Below, piece after piece: positions 1 to 9,413 of a stretch of DNA of 64,000 bases. Both the position numbers and the translations under genes were made by a program. Positions within the stretch are counted from its first letter, which is position 1; each line of letters starts with the position of its first letter. This DNA is from Bryobacterales bacterium (GTDB lineage: Bacteria > Acidobacteriota > Terriglobia > Bryobacterales > UBA6623). The notes beneath the pieces were generated by a model, which saw nothing but the letters and a program-made list of their open reading frames with translations, had not been told where the DNA came from and ran no database searches. The stretch spans positions 3,168,001-3,232,000 of the forward strand of contig OY729428.2 of assembly GCA_963422375.2 (NCBI GenBank), given 5' to 3'.

Positions 1-6
1 TAGATA

Positions 7-741
7 TTATGCAGGTGATGTTCCTGATTTGACTGCATCGAGAACCATTCGATAGTAGCGATTGTTTGACGACAGATAATCGCTAGATTGACCGCGGGTA
101 GATCGGTCTATGAAATCGTGAATTGATCGCGGAGGATCGGGTTCCATCGAGTTACATTGTGGGTCTACTATCTTGGCCGGGAGGGGGGGCACGGATTACC
201 TAGAAAGTGCTTACGGTATGCTGCAACCATGAATAACCGACACCTACTCCTGAGGAATTGCTATCACTTCCTTCACATTCACCTTCCAGCATGTGCCTTC
301 GCGAAACCAGTATCCGGCCTCTCGAAGTCACCTCCTGACAGTCGCGAACCACTCGCCTTCACCTCCATGCATAAGATGGGGAACATTCTCTAATGCGACA
401 AGTCGTGGTTTTATCTCTGGTTTCATCTGCTCGAGAAGACGAGGGATCTCGTGGAATAGCTTGCCACGTTCATCTCCAAATCCTCGACGGCTTCCGGCTT
501 GAGAAAAGCTCTGGCAAGGGAATCCAGCGATGAGCGCATCAACCTGATCGAGGCTATCTTCGTCTACTCGCAGTTCAGTAGCAGATTTCTGAAACACCCT
601 AGCGCTTGGGAATCGATGACTAAAGGTCGTGCAAGCATGGCAGTCAACATCGTTCGCCCACCGGATGTCGAATCCGGCTGTCGCAAATCCTGTGGCAAAG
701 CCTCCCATCCCGCAAAATAGACAGCCTACTGATAACGCCAT
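7..741 (-). pseudogene. dcm: DNA (cytosine-5)-methyltransferase, disrupted
   Basis: Motifs LFCGMGG, AGFPCQSFS, G-RG-LF and LENV in ORF 328..789. After an in-frame TGA at 328-330 the frame continues LREAGYWF...IPQE, and a shifted frame gives RCRLFMVAA (motif VIII). Visibly lower GC than the rest of the window. Confidence 0.85.
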
Positions 742-1130
742 GCTGGAACCCGAGTCACAAGGATACCTGACTGCGAACTTGGATGTCAAGCCACCGATGC
801 TGGTTGGTCGGCATGGGCCCGAGGGTGATCGAACCTAAGCAGGGCCGCTGGGGGCTGTCGGCACCTCGGTGTGGATGCCGAATCGAACGCGCACGAGACG
901 ATGCGTGGTAACCGAATGCACAACACGGGATCACGGAAACAGAGAGAATCGCTAGTGCTCCCTCCCCACAAGTGGCCTCCCCCTAGGTGGCGATCACAGC
1001 GCGGTAGCCCGCAACCTGTCACCGGTGTCTGTTCGGTCGACCGAGACACACGCTGGTCGTCCGCGCGCTCACCGGCCTCGTGAACCAGTTGTCGAGACCG
1101 TCGCCAGCAACATAGCATAATGGGCTGTAG

Positions 1131-2105
1131 ATGCTTCGTCACGACTGGACTTCGGACGAGCTCCGGCAGATCCACGACTTGCCCCTGCCGGACCTTCTCT
1201 TCCGGGCTCAGACCGCGCACCGCAAGTACCACGACCCACAGGCTGTCCAAGGCTGCGCCCTGCTGAGCATTAAGACCGGCCATTGCCCGGAGGATTGCGC
1301 ATACTGCCCGCAATCGGCGCGCTACAGTACCGGCGTCGAGCCGCAGAGGCTTCTCTCCGTCGATGAAACGCTGGCCAAGGCAAGAGCTGCGCAGGAGAAC
1401 GGCGCGACGCGCTTCTGCATGGGAGCCGCCTGGCGGGACGCTCCGCAAGGCTCGGAATTCGACCAAGTCGTGGAAATGGTTCGGGGCGTCCGCGCGCTCG
1501 GCATGGAGGCCTGCTGCACGCTCGGCATGCTGGACCAGCAGCAAGCCGACCGTCTGGCCGAGGCCGGGCTTACCGCCTACAACCACAACCTAGACACGAG
1601 CCCCGAGTTCTACGGCGCGATCATCACGACCCGCAACTACCGGGACCGTCTCGACACCCTCGCGAGAGTGCGAAGGAGCGGCGTCACCCTGTGTTCCGGA
1701 GGGATCATCGGGATGGGCGAGAGCGTGGACGACCGTTTGGGCCTGCTGCTCCAGATCGCCCGCCAGAACCCTCATCCGGAGAGCGTGCCGATCAACAGCT
1801 TGGTCCGTGTCGAGGGAACGCCGCTGCAAGACCTGCCCCCGGTCAGAGCACTGGACTTCGCTCGGGTCATCGCCACGGCCCGGGTCGCGATGCCGGCGTC
1901 GATCGTGCGACTCTCGGCGGGACGCCTAGAGCTGTCGGAGGAGGGGCAGGCACTGTGCTTCCTCGCAGGGGCGAATTCGGTCTTCCTCGGGGATCGCTTG
2001 CTTACTACGCCAAACCCGGACGCGTCGGAAGACGAGCGGCTCCTCGGGCGGATGGGCATGCGACTCTGCACCACTTCTCTGACCGAGGCCACCCCCCACC
2101 ACTGA
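1131..2105 (+). CDS. bioB: Biotin synthase (radical SAM)
   Basis: CPEDCAYC cluster motif, YNHNLDT, CSGGIIGMGE, PESVPIN and RLSAGR. Confidence 0.97.
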   Translation: MLRHDWTSDELRQIHDLPLPDLLFRAQTAHRKYHDPQAVQGCALLSIKTGHCPEDCAYCPQSARYSTGVEPQRLLSVDETLAKARAAQENGATRFCMGAAWRDAPQGSEFDQVVEMVRGVRALGMEACCTLGMLDQQQADRLAEAGLTAYNHNLDTSPEFYGAIITTRNYRDRLDTLARVRRSGVTLCSGGIIGMGESVDDRLGLLLQIARQNPHPESVPINSLVRVEGTPLQDLPPVRALDFARVIATARVAMPASIVRLSAGRLELSEEGQALCFLAGANSVFLGDRLLTTPNPDASEDERLLGRMGMRLCTTSLTEATPHH

Positions 2106-2130
2106 GGGCGGCCGACGGTCCACCCAACGC

Positions 2131-3294
2131 ATGGCGCAGAGTCGGAGTCAACGCACTGCCTCGGTGCTCGAGGAGCGTGTCCGGACCAGGATGGACGGGC
2201 TGGCAGCGAGGGGACTCAGACGAACACTCGAAGAGCCGTCCGGCATCGACCTTTGCTCGAATGACTATCTCGGATTCGCCAGCCATCCCAGGATTCGCCG
2301 CCGCTTCTCGGCAGCGGCCGACTCACTGGGAGTCGGATCGACAGGCTCGCGCTTGCTGCGGGGGCACCGCGCCTCATTCCGAGCGGTCGAGGAGCGGTTC
2401 GCACTTCTCAAGGGCACGCCGGCGGCGTTGTTCCTAGGCAGCGGCTGGGCGGCGAACATCGCAGTGCTCTCGTCGTTCCCGGAGAGCGGCGACATCGTTT
2501 TCTCGGACCAGCTGAATCATGCGAGCTTGGTCGACGGTATGCGCCTGTCGAGGGCGAAGCGCGTGATCTTCCCCCACTGCGACGCAGTCGCGCTGTCGCG
2601 CCTGCTCGAGACCGAACGGTGCTCCGGCCAGAGGTTCGTGGTCACAGAGTCGCTGTTCAGCATGGACGGCGACGTCGCGCCGCTGCGGCATTACGCCGAA
2701 TTGCAGGAACGCCACGGGTTCGTTCTCATCGTCGACGAGGCGCATGCCGTGGGAGTCTACGGAGCGACCGGCAGCGGGCTGATCGAGGAGGCAGGGTGCT
2801 CGGGAAGCGTGTTCGCGTCAGTCAACTCCGCCGGTAAGGCCCTCGGTGTGTGCGGAGCGTTCGTCTGCGGTCCGGCCTGGGCGGCCGAATACCTTGTCCA
2901 AGCGGCACGGCCGTTCGTGTTCTCGACAGCGCCGCCGCCGGCTGTCGCGGAGGCCATCGACGAGGCGCTTTCCCTGCTGGAGAAGTCCGGCGATCTCAGG
3001 TCAGGCGTGCGCCAGTTCGGGGCGTCGCTGCGGAAGGCCATCGGCGCGGACCCGGGAGACTCCCCGATCGTCCCTGTCATTCTTGGCGGCAACCAGGAGG
3101 CTGTCCGGGCAGCGAGCCGTCTTCGCGAGGCCGGATACGACGTTCGGGCGATCCGCCCTCCCACCGTGCCGGAGGGGACGGCTCGGCTGCGGGTCTCGCT
3201 GAACGCGCTTCTCGCCCCCAAAGATCTCGCGGAGTTCGCCAGCGCGCTGAACGACGTGCTGAAGGACTGTAGGCTGTGCGCGGACTTTTCGTAA
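2131..3294 (+). CDS. bioF: 8-amino-7-oxononanoate synthase
   Basis: SNDYLG, NHASLVDG, SMDGD, VDEAHA, SAGKALG (PLP lysine) and AIRPPTVP. Confidence 0.95.
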   Translation: MAQSRSQRTASVLEERVRTRMDGLAARGLRRTLEEPSGIDLCSNDYLGFASHPRIRRRFSAAADSLGVGSTGSRLLRGHRASFRAVEERFALLKGTPAALFLGSGWAANIAVLSSFPESGDIVFSDQLNHASLVDGMRLSRAKRVIFPHCDAVALSRLLETERCSGQRFVVTESLFSMDGDVAPLRHYAELQERHGFVLIVDEAHAVGVYGATGSGLIEEAGCSGSVFASVNSAGKALGVCGAFVCGPAWAAEYLVQAARPFVFSTAPPPAVAEAIDEALSLLEKSGDLRSGVRQFGASLRKAIGADPGDSPIVPVILGGNQEAVRAASRLREAGYDVRAIRPPTVPEGTARLRVSLNALLAPKDLAEFASALNDVLKDCRLCADFS

Positions 3295-3962
3295 CCGGCA
3301 CCGACACCGGCATCGGCAAGACGGTCGTCGCGAGCGTCCTCGTCGCGGCCTTGCGGAAATCGGGCCGCGCAGGCTACTGGAAGCCCGTCCAGACCGGCAT
3401 CGAGCAGGACGACGACACGGCGGAGGTGCGTCGGCTGGCCCGCTGCTCGAGCGCGGAAATCATCGATTCGGGGATCCGCCTACCGCGCCCGCTCTCGCCG
3501 CACCTGTCGGCCCGGCTGGCCGGTCGCGAATTCGCCATCAGCGACCTGACAGCCGTCGCCGGGCGCCTTTCCCGGGACCGCTTCTGGATCGTGGAGGGGG
3601 CCGGAGGGGTGCTGGTGCCACTCAACGACCGCGAGACGATGGCCGGCCTGATCTCCGCGCTGGGACTGCCCGCTCTGATCGCGTCGCGGTCGGGCCTAGG
3701 CACGATCAACCACACCCTGCTGACGCTATCCGAGCTCCGGGCGCGAGCCATTCCAGTGGCCGGAGTCGTCATGGTCGGCAAGCTGAACGCCCCAAACCGC
3801 GAGGCCATCGAACGCTACGGCCGTACCGAGGTCCTGGCCGAGATTCCGACTATTCCGGGCCTAGGTCCCGAGTCCGTCGAAGAACTCGCCGACGGCTTGG
3901 CAAAGCGCCTCAGCGGCTTCCGCGACGCCGCGCAATGCCGGGTCGGCCGTCCGGGCGTATGA
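3276..3962 (+). CDS. bioD: Dethiobiotin synthetase
   Basis: GTDTGIGKT P-loop, WKPVQTG, VEGAGG and LGTINHTLL; overlaps the end of bioF. Confidence 0.95.
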   Translation: MRGLFVTGTDTGIGKTVVASVLVAALRKSGRAGYWKPVQTGIEQDDDTAEVRRLARCSSAEIIDSGIRLPRPLSPHLSARLAGREFAISDLTAVAGRLSRDRFWIVEGAGGVLVPLNDRETMAGLISALGLPALIASRSGLGTINHTLLTLSELRARAIPVAGVVMVGKLNAPNREAIERYGRTEVLAEIPTIPGLGPESVEELADGLAKRLSGFRDAAQCRVGRPGV

Positions 3963-3974
3963 TGGAATCTGTCC

Positions 3975-4172
3975 ATGTTCGGTTCCTCGGCGACCATCAA
4001 GCTGGACAAGGCCCTCTTCGAGCGCGTCAAGCGCTGTGCCGACGCTGCCGGGTACTCGTCCCCCCGGGAGTTCGTCGAGCACGTCATCGAGAAGGAGCTG
4101 GCCCGGATCGAGGAAGGCGCCTCGGACGAGGAAATCATGAAGAAGCTTCAGGGCCTGGGCTACATCGAATAG
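3975..4172 (+). CDS. Small ribbon-helix-helix (CopG-like) protein with C-terminal EE..KKLQGLGY motif
   Basis: 65 aa with a beta strand (ATIKLD), two helices joined by a GYSS turn, and good codon usage; tightly packed between its neighbours. Confidence 0.75.
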   Translation: MFGSSATIKLDKALFERVKRCADAAGYSSPREFVEHVIEKELARIEEGASDEEIMKKLQGLGYIE

Positions 4173-4185
4173 CGCGGAACCCGCG

Positions 4186-5001
4186 GTGATCATCGACGTC
4201 TTCAACGCGATGCTGCGGGCGCTAGTGGCCGGCTACGTCGGCCAGTTCGGATTCCTCGATCCCCTCGTCGGCCTGGTAATCGCCTCGGTGCTCGTCGGCG
4301 TCGCCATGTTGTGGGTTGTCGGGAGAACCTCCGATCAAGGCGCCATCATCCGTGCCAGGAAGCGAATGCAGGCGCGCCTGCTCGAGATGAGGCTCTACCG
4401 GGACGAACCGGGGCTGATTCTGCGCGCCCAAGGCAACTTGCTCCTCGAGAACTCGCGCTACGTCGGGCACATGCTGCGCCCCGCCCTCTTCCTCGCCCTG
4501 CCGATGGTTGTCCTCTACGCGCACTTCGACGCGGTGTACGGCCGCCGGCCGCTACGAGTCGGCGAGACCGCCCTGCTCTCGGCAGAAACGGAGCTCGAGG
4601 CAAGCGACCTCGCGCTGTCCGGGACGGGCCCGCTAGAGGTGGACAGCGTGCCGGTGAGCACGGCGGCCGGCGGCGAGATTGTCTGGCGGGTCCGGGCCAA
4701 GGAGGACGGACTCGGGTCCCTTGCCCTGGAGACGCCGCACGGAACCGTTGTCAAGGCTGCGGAGGCAGGGGACGCGCTGTCCTACGTCTCGGCCACCCGG
4801 GCCAACTCCTGGTGGCGAAGGCTCTTGCTCGCGCCCGGGGAGAGCGGCTACGAGACCGAATCTGTCGTGAGCGTCAGCATCGGCTACCCGTCGCGCGAGA
4901 TCGGCGCGCTCGGATGGGACACGCACTGGGCAGTGTGGTTTCTCGCGGTCTCGCTGGCGTCGGCCTACCTGCTGAAGGGATTGTTCGGCGTGGCGCTGTA
5001 A
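4186..5001 (+). CDS. Membrane protein, DUF106/EMC3-TMCO1-like architecture
   Basis: TM helix, basic coiled coil (AIIRARKRMQARLLEMRL), TM (MLRPALFLALPMVVL), soluble domain and a final TM (HWAVWFLAVSL). Confidence 0.6.
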   Translation: MIIDVFNAMLRALVAGYVGQFGFLDPLVGLVIASVLVGVAMLWVVGRTSDQGAIIRARKRMQARLLEMRLYRDEPGLILRAQGNLLLENSRYVGHMLRPALFLALPMVVLYAHFDAVYGRRPLRVGETALLSAETELEASDLALSGTGPLEVDSVPVSTAAGGEIVWRVRAKEDGLGSLALETPHGTVVKAAEAGDALSYVSATRANSWWRRLLLAPGESGYETESVVSVSIGYPSREIGALGWDTHWAVWFLAVSLASAYLLKGLFGVAL

Positions 5002-5097
5002 GCCGGGGCGTATTCCGCCTGGGCCCGGCGCCTGCTCCCCGGCCCGAGACCCCGATAAGCTACACTGCGGGATTCCGTCGCGCCGGAAGCGAGTGCC

Positions 5098-5967
5098 GTG
5101 CCCGTCCGACATCGAGCTCACGTCCTCTGCGTCGGCACGGGATTCCTCGACACTAGGCTCTGCGTCGAGCGGTTTCCGCCGGTGCGCCATCGCGAGAACG
5201 CATTGAAGCGCTACGACGCGCTCGGAGGGCCCGCTGCCGTGGGGGCCGTGGCCGTCGCGCGGCTCGGCGGCTCGGCGGCGTTCTGGGGCCGGCGCGGCAC
5301 CGACCCCGCAGGCGACCGCATCGCCAGCCTGCTTGCCGCGCAGGGCGTCGACACCGGGGGATATCGCGCGTTCCCCGGCACGAGCCCGACCTGCGAGGTA
5401 TTCATTCCGCCTGACGGCGATCGGTTTCTATTCCCCTACCTCGGCGAAGGTCTTCCTCCGGACGCGGGCTGGATCCCTGACCAAGTGATCGACAGGGCCG
5501 ACGCCGTCCTGATTGACGGGCGCTGGCCCGAGGGCGGGCTCCGTGTAGCCGCGCAAGCCGCCCGGAGAGGCATTCCGGTCGTGCATGACTTCGACCAGGA
5601 CCGGCCCGAAATCTGGGAGATTGCCGGCGCGTCGACCCACGCAATCGCCGACGAGGATCTCGCGATCGCCCACGGGGGAGTGAATGCCCTGCTGGGCAGA
5701 ATCGAGGCGCTCGGCACGTGGGGGGCGGTCACTCTGGGCGCGCGAGGCGTGGCATTCCGGGGCGGCCGGATACGGTCGTTTCCGGTTACGGTCGTGGACA
5801 GCACCGGGGCCGGGGACGTGTTCCACGGAGCTTTCGCGCTGGCGATGGCGCAGGGCCGCGCCGAGACGGACGCCCTACGCTTCGGGTGCGCAGCGGGAGC
5901 TCTGCACTGCAAGCTCGGCCGAGTGCCGGAGCTCCGCGAGGTCCAGGGGCTGCTCGGCTCCGACTGA
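5098..5967 (+). CDS. PfkB-family carbohydrate kinase (resembles sulfofructose kinase YihV)
   Basis: GGPAAVGAVAVARLG and DSTGAGDVFHGAF signatures. Confidence 0.88.
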   Translation: MPVRHRAHVLCVGTGFLDTRLCVERFPPVRHRENALKRYDALGGPAAVGAVAVARLGGSAAFWGRRGTDPAGDRIASLLAAQGVDTGGYRAFPGTSPTCEVFIPPDGDRFLFPYLGEGLPPDAGWIPDQVIDRADAVLIDGRWPEGGLRVAAQAARRGIPVVHDFDQDRPEIWEIAGASTHAIADEDLAIAHGGVNALLGRIEALGTWGAVTLGARGVAFRGGRIRSFPVTVVDSTGAGDVFHGAFALAMAQGRAETDALRFGCAAGALHCKLGRVPELREVQGLLGSD

Positions 5968-5977
5968 AATCCCGCTG

Positions 5978-8900
5978 CTACCGTACCGGGAGCAGCACCG
6001 CATTGCTCGAGGCGCCGCCGACTCTCACGTGCAGGGGAAGTGCGCCGGCCGCGGCGCTTGCGGGGACCACCGCGGTGACCGTGTAGACTCCGGCCGCCTC
6101 GGTCGCGAGTCCGGAGGAGATCACCTGCGCCGGCGAGCCGGCGATCAAGACCTGAGGGCGGTTAACCGTCCGTACCAGCGTCTCGGGGACCGCGCCGGTC
6201 GGCACGGGCACGATGACCGGGCCGTTGCCCGTCATCGCGATGGTCACAGCCTGGCCCCGCCGAGCGGGCGACTCCGGAGTGACCAAGTTGCCATCCGGGA
6301 GATGGGCCACAGCGAAGAACCGGCCGCCCGATTCGTAGCTGAAGATTCCCGGATCGACTTCGGCGATCTCGATTTCGAATGGGTCGGACCGGTTCCCGCT
6401 CGTGACGCTGACGTAGGCCCGTCGGACCCCGGCCAGTTCCCAAGGGACCTGCACCGTCACGGTTTCCGGGCCGACGGAGTGGATCCTGCCCGCCGCGCTG
6501 ACGCCATCGTCGGGAGCGTCGAAGGCCACCTGTACGCCCTTTCGAGACACAGGCATCCGTGGCGGCAGGGGCGGACTGGCCTCTCCCGAGTGGAACGCGG
6601 CGAAGCCGGATCCGGCAAGGGCTACGAGCGATCCCGCGGCGACGCCGCTGGGCGAGGACAGAGACGCGCTGTTGGCGACCGAACTGACTCTCGGGCTACT
6701 CGCGGACGCCTCGAAGGCGAACGGAATCTCGAGGTCGCCGATCGTCGCCCGCACTGCTTGGAGGCCCGGCTCCCCTGCGTATCTAACGGACGCGTAGATC
6801 AGGCCTCCCTCCCCGCTCATCGTCCATGTGTCAAGGATGCGCGGCTCGCCTTCCAGCGGTTGGAAGGACACCCGGCGGCCTTCGACGGGCACGCCGTGCT
6901 GGTCCAGCACGCGAGCGAGCAGGGTCTTCGTCGCCGCTTGGCCTGCGATGCCCACGTCGGACCGGCCTCGGAAGCGCAAGGCGTCGAAGGGCTCGCCGTC
7001 GCCCACGATGTACAGGTACGGGATGAAGGCTGCGCGCTGACCGTCGCGGCTGGCGAGCCGCAAGCGGCCTTCGTAGGCTCCGGGAAGGGGACGGGGCCCG
7101 GTGAGCGCGACTTGGATCCGGGCGGTCCTGTCAGGCCCCACGCCGAATGCCGCCGACGTCCGGCCATTGACCGTCACTCGTGCCCTCGGATCCACATCCC
7201 GCGGCTCGACCGTGAGCGTGAACTGCTGGTGCCGGCCCGATTTGTTCGAGACCGCCAGCGTCCGGCGGATCGGAAACGGCGAATTCGGTATCGAACCGAA
7301 TCCGATGGACGCCGGCACGACGACGGCGTCGAACTGGAGCGCGGCGGGAATGTCAAGCAAGCCGGCGCCGGACAGAACCAGGGGCCAAGCCTTGCCGTCC
7401 TCGAGTAGAAGCGGCCGCGCCGAGTTCACTAGCGCCGAACCAACCTGCCTCGCGCCTAGGGTCGGAAACGCCTGCCACACCAAGGCGGCCGCGCCGGCCA
7501 CCACCGGCGCGGCCAGGCTGGTGCCGCCTTCGGTGCGGAAGCCGCTGGGCGTGTACAGGATGCCGTTGGCGTTATAGCGCGGGGCCGCCGTGAGAACGAC
7601 CTCTCCCGGCGCAACCAGATCCGGCTTCGGATGCAGGGAGAGCGTCGGACCGATCGAACTCTTGGACGCGACGTATTCCCATTCCGCGTCGGAAGCGATG
7701 GGCGTCGGATCCAGCGTCAGGGGTTCGTGTGTCTCGGATATCGCCTGGCGGATCGCGACGCCGTCGCTGAGGCCGACGAAGAAGGCGGGGATGTCGGTGT
7801 CACCGAGGAGCGCCATGTCCACGAGTTCGTCGCCCTCGTGGTTGATGACGAGCACGCCGACCGCACCGGCCGCATCCGCGTGCTCGACCTTTTCCACGAA
7901 GAAGCACTCGCTGCGGTCGATTACCGCGATCCGCCCGAGAAACGCCCCCGCGGGAAACGGCGCGCACCCGAGCGGATCCCCGACATCCGGGGCGAGGACC
8001 GCCGGCGCGGCCAGCGGGCCGGCTGCGTGCGGTCCGGAGCCGCTAAGCGCCCTGAACGTCCGCGCGCCGACGCGCACGGATTCCTCCAGCCTGACGGCGT
8101 TCGCGGTACTGCCGACAGTGAGGACCGCCGGCGCGGTGCCCGGCGAATTGATGGTGGTCGGCGACAGAATCGAATACAGCCCCATCCCGCCGCGATTGCC
8201 GGCCGCGACCACGACCACCTTGCCGAAGTTGACGGCGGCGTTCTGGGCGGCCGTAGCGAGCGGATCGCAGCGTGCGGTGCGGAGCCCTCTGCAATCCCAC
8301 CCCGATGGATAGTAGACCGGGTGACCCAAGCTCAGATTGAGCACGTCCATGCCGTCGCTTACGGCATCCTCGATCGCCATCACGACCGCGTGATCCGCCG
8401 TGTAGAAGTTCAAGCCGGGTGTCCCGAAGACCTTGTAGACTCCGATTCGCGCCTTGGGCGCGATGCCGCTGATCGGCCCCAGCGGCCCGTCAACCTCCCT
8501 GCCGGCGGCGATCATCGCGACAGCTGTGCCGTGACCCGCCGGGTCCCACGGGGAGTAGTCATCGGGCGTCGAGGACTGGACCCCCTTCGAGTTCAGCGAC
8601 TCCACGTAGCTGCGCACCGCGACGACCTTCGTGCTGGCGAGCGAGAGATGCTTCGGGTCTCCCCTGGGATACCCCGGCAGCGGGGTCAGGGATTCGTCCC
8701 GGAACGCCTCGTGGCTGAAATCCAGCCCCGAGTCGATGATGCCGATCTTGATCCCTTCCCCGCGCAGCTGCGTTTCCGCGGGCAGCGCCCGGACCGCTGG
8801 AACGCCCACGATTTCGGAAACCTTCCCCAGCGACGGCTCGTAGCGGCGGCCGGCGGTCAAGCCCGCGACGCCTGGCAGCGAGGCGATCTCGTCCGCCTGG

Positions 8901-9286
8901 TCCGATGTCGCCCGCACGAACACCGCGTTGAGGACGTTGCGCACGGAGCCCACGACCTCGAGCCCCCGCGACTCCAAGTCCTGGATGACGGGATCCTGCG
9001 TCCGTGCGACCGCACGGCGCAGGAGCCCGACGCTAGACGCAGACCGCGGCCTTGGACCGTCTCCGCCGTCGGCGAGAGACCGGCTCAGGCGCTCGCCGAC
9101 GGAGGGCGCGTCGAGCATCACCGTGTAGACGGACGGCCCATCGCGCGACGGAACCGGCTGGGCCGACGCCGCAGGCAATAGCGCGAGAAACGCGAGCAGC
9201 GGGACCGAGCCTGCCAGTAATCGCCGGAAGCCTTCGGGCCCGGTACGGTCGCGGGCAGCGAGGCGCTCCAGCGGCGGCATTCCCAT
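5978..9286 (-). CDS. Secreted S8 (Vpr-like) serine peptidase with PA domain and TIGR03437-type C-terminal domain
   Basis: Triad motifs IIDSG, GHGTAVA and GTSLAAPVVAG; PA domain (IAVIDRSECFFVEKV); VANSAS...QVPWEL...PGIF C-terminus. Start trimmed to lie ahead of the signal peptide. Confidence 0.92.
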   Translation of the reverse strand: MGMPPLERLAARDRTGPEGFRRLLAGSVPLLAFLALLPAASAQPVPSRDGPSVYTVMLDAPSVGERLSRSLADGGDGPRPRSASSVGLLRRAVARTQDPVIQDLESRGLEVVGSVRNVLNAVFVRATSDQADEIASLPGVAGLTAGRRYEPSLGKVSEIVGVPAVRALPAETQLRGEGIKIGIIDSGLDFSHEAFRDESLTPLPGYPRGDPKHLSLASTKVVAVRSYVESLNSKGVQSSTPDDYSPWDPAGHGTAVAMIAAGREVDGPLGPISGIAPKARIGVYKVFGTPGLNFYTADHAVVMAIEDAVSDGMDVLNLSLGHPVYYPSGWDCRGLRTARCDPLATAAQNAAVNFGKVVVVAAGNRGGMGLYSILSPTTINSPGTAPAVLTVGSTANAVRLEESVRVGARTFRALSGSGPHAAGPLAAPAVLAPDVGDPLGCAPFPAGAFLGRIAVIDRSECFFVEKVEHADAAGAVGVLVINHEGDELVDMALLGDTDIPAFFVGLSDGVAIRQAISETHEPLTLDPTPIASDAEWEYVASKSSIGPTLSLHPKPDLVAPGEVVLTAAPRYNANGILYTPSGFRTEGGTSLAAPVVAGAAALVWQAFPTLGARQVGSALVNSARPLLLEDGKAWPLVLSGAGLLDIPAALQFDAVVVPASIGFGSIPNSPFPIRRTLAVSNKSGRHQQFTLTVEPRDVDPRARVTVNGRTSAAFGVGPDRTARIQVALTGPRPLPGAYEGRLRLASRDGQRAAFIPYLYIVGDGEPFDALRFRGRSDVGIAGQAATKTLLARVLDQHGVPVEGRRVSFQPLEGEPRILDTWTMSGEGGLIYASVRYAGEPGLQAVRATIGDLEIPFAFEASASSPRVSSVANSASLSSPSGVAAGSLVALAGSGFAAFHSGEASPPLPPRMPVSRKGVQVAFDAPDDGVSAAGRIHSVGPETVTVQVPWELAGVRRAYVSVTSGNRSDPFEIEIAEVDPGIFSYESGGRFFAVAHLPDGNLVTPESPARRGQAVTIAMTGNGPVIVPVPTGAVPETLVRTVNRPQVLIAGSPAQVISSGLATEAAGVYTVTAVVPASAAAGALPLHVRVGGASSNAVLLPVR

Positions 9287-9413
9287 TGCGGTCTGAATCG
9301 ACGACACGGCCCGCCTGTCAGCGCTCCGCACGCCCGGCCGGATGCCGGTGTGCGATGCTATACCATCGCTTGGACCTAGGACGCCGGGATCCGGCCCCCC
9401 TTCAGTAAACACC

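Noticed and set aside
328..330. TGA recoding (selenocysteine or readthrough) in dcm
   Set aside because: Further frameshifts follow downstream, so pseudogene is the simpler reading
1010..1060. BirA operator
   Set aside because: No TGTAAAC-N14/15-GTTTACA-like dyad
940..1105. Cobalamin riboswitch upstream of bioB (CCCGCAACCTGT)
   Set aside because: No GGGAA..GGTG..AATCC arm and no convincing B12 box
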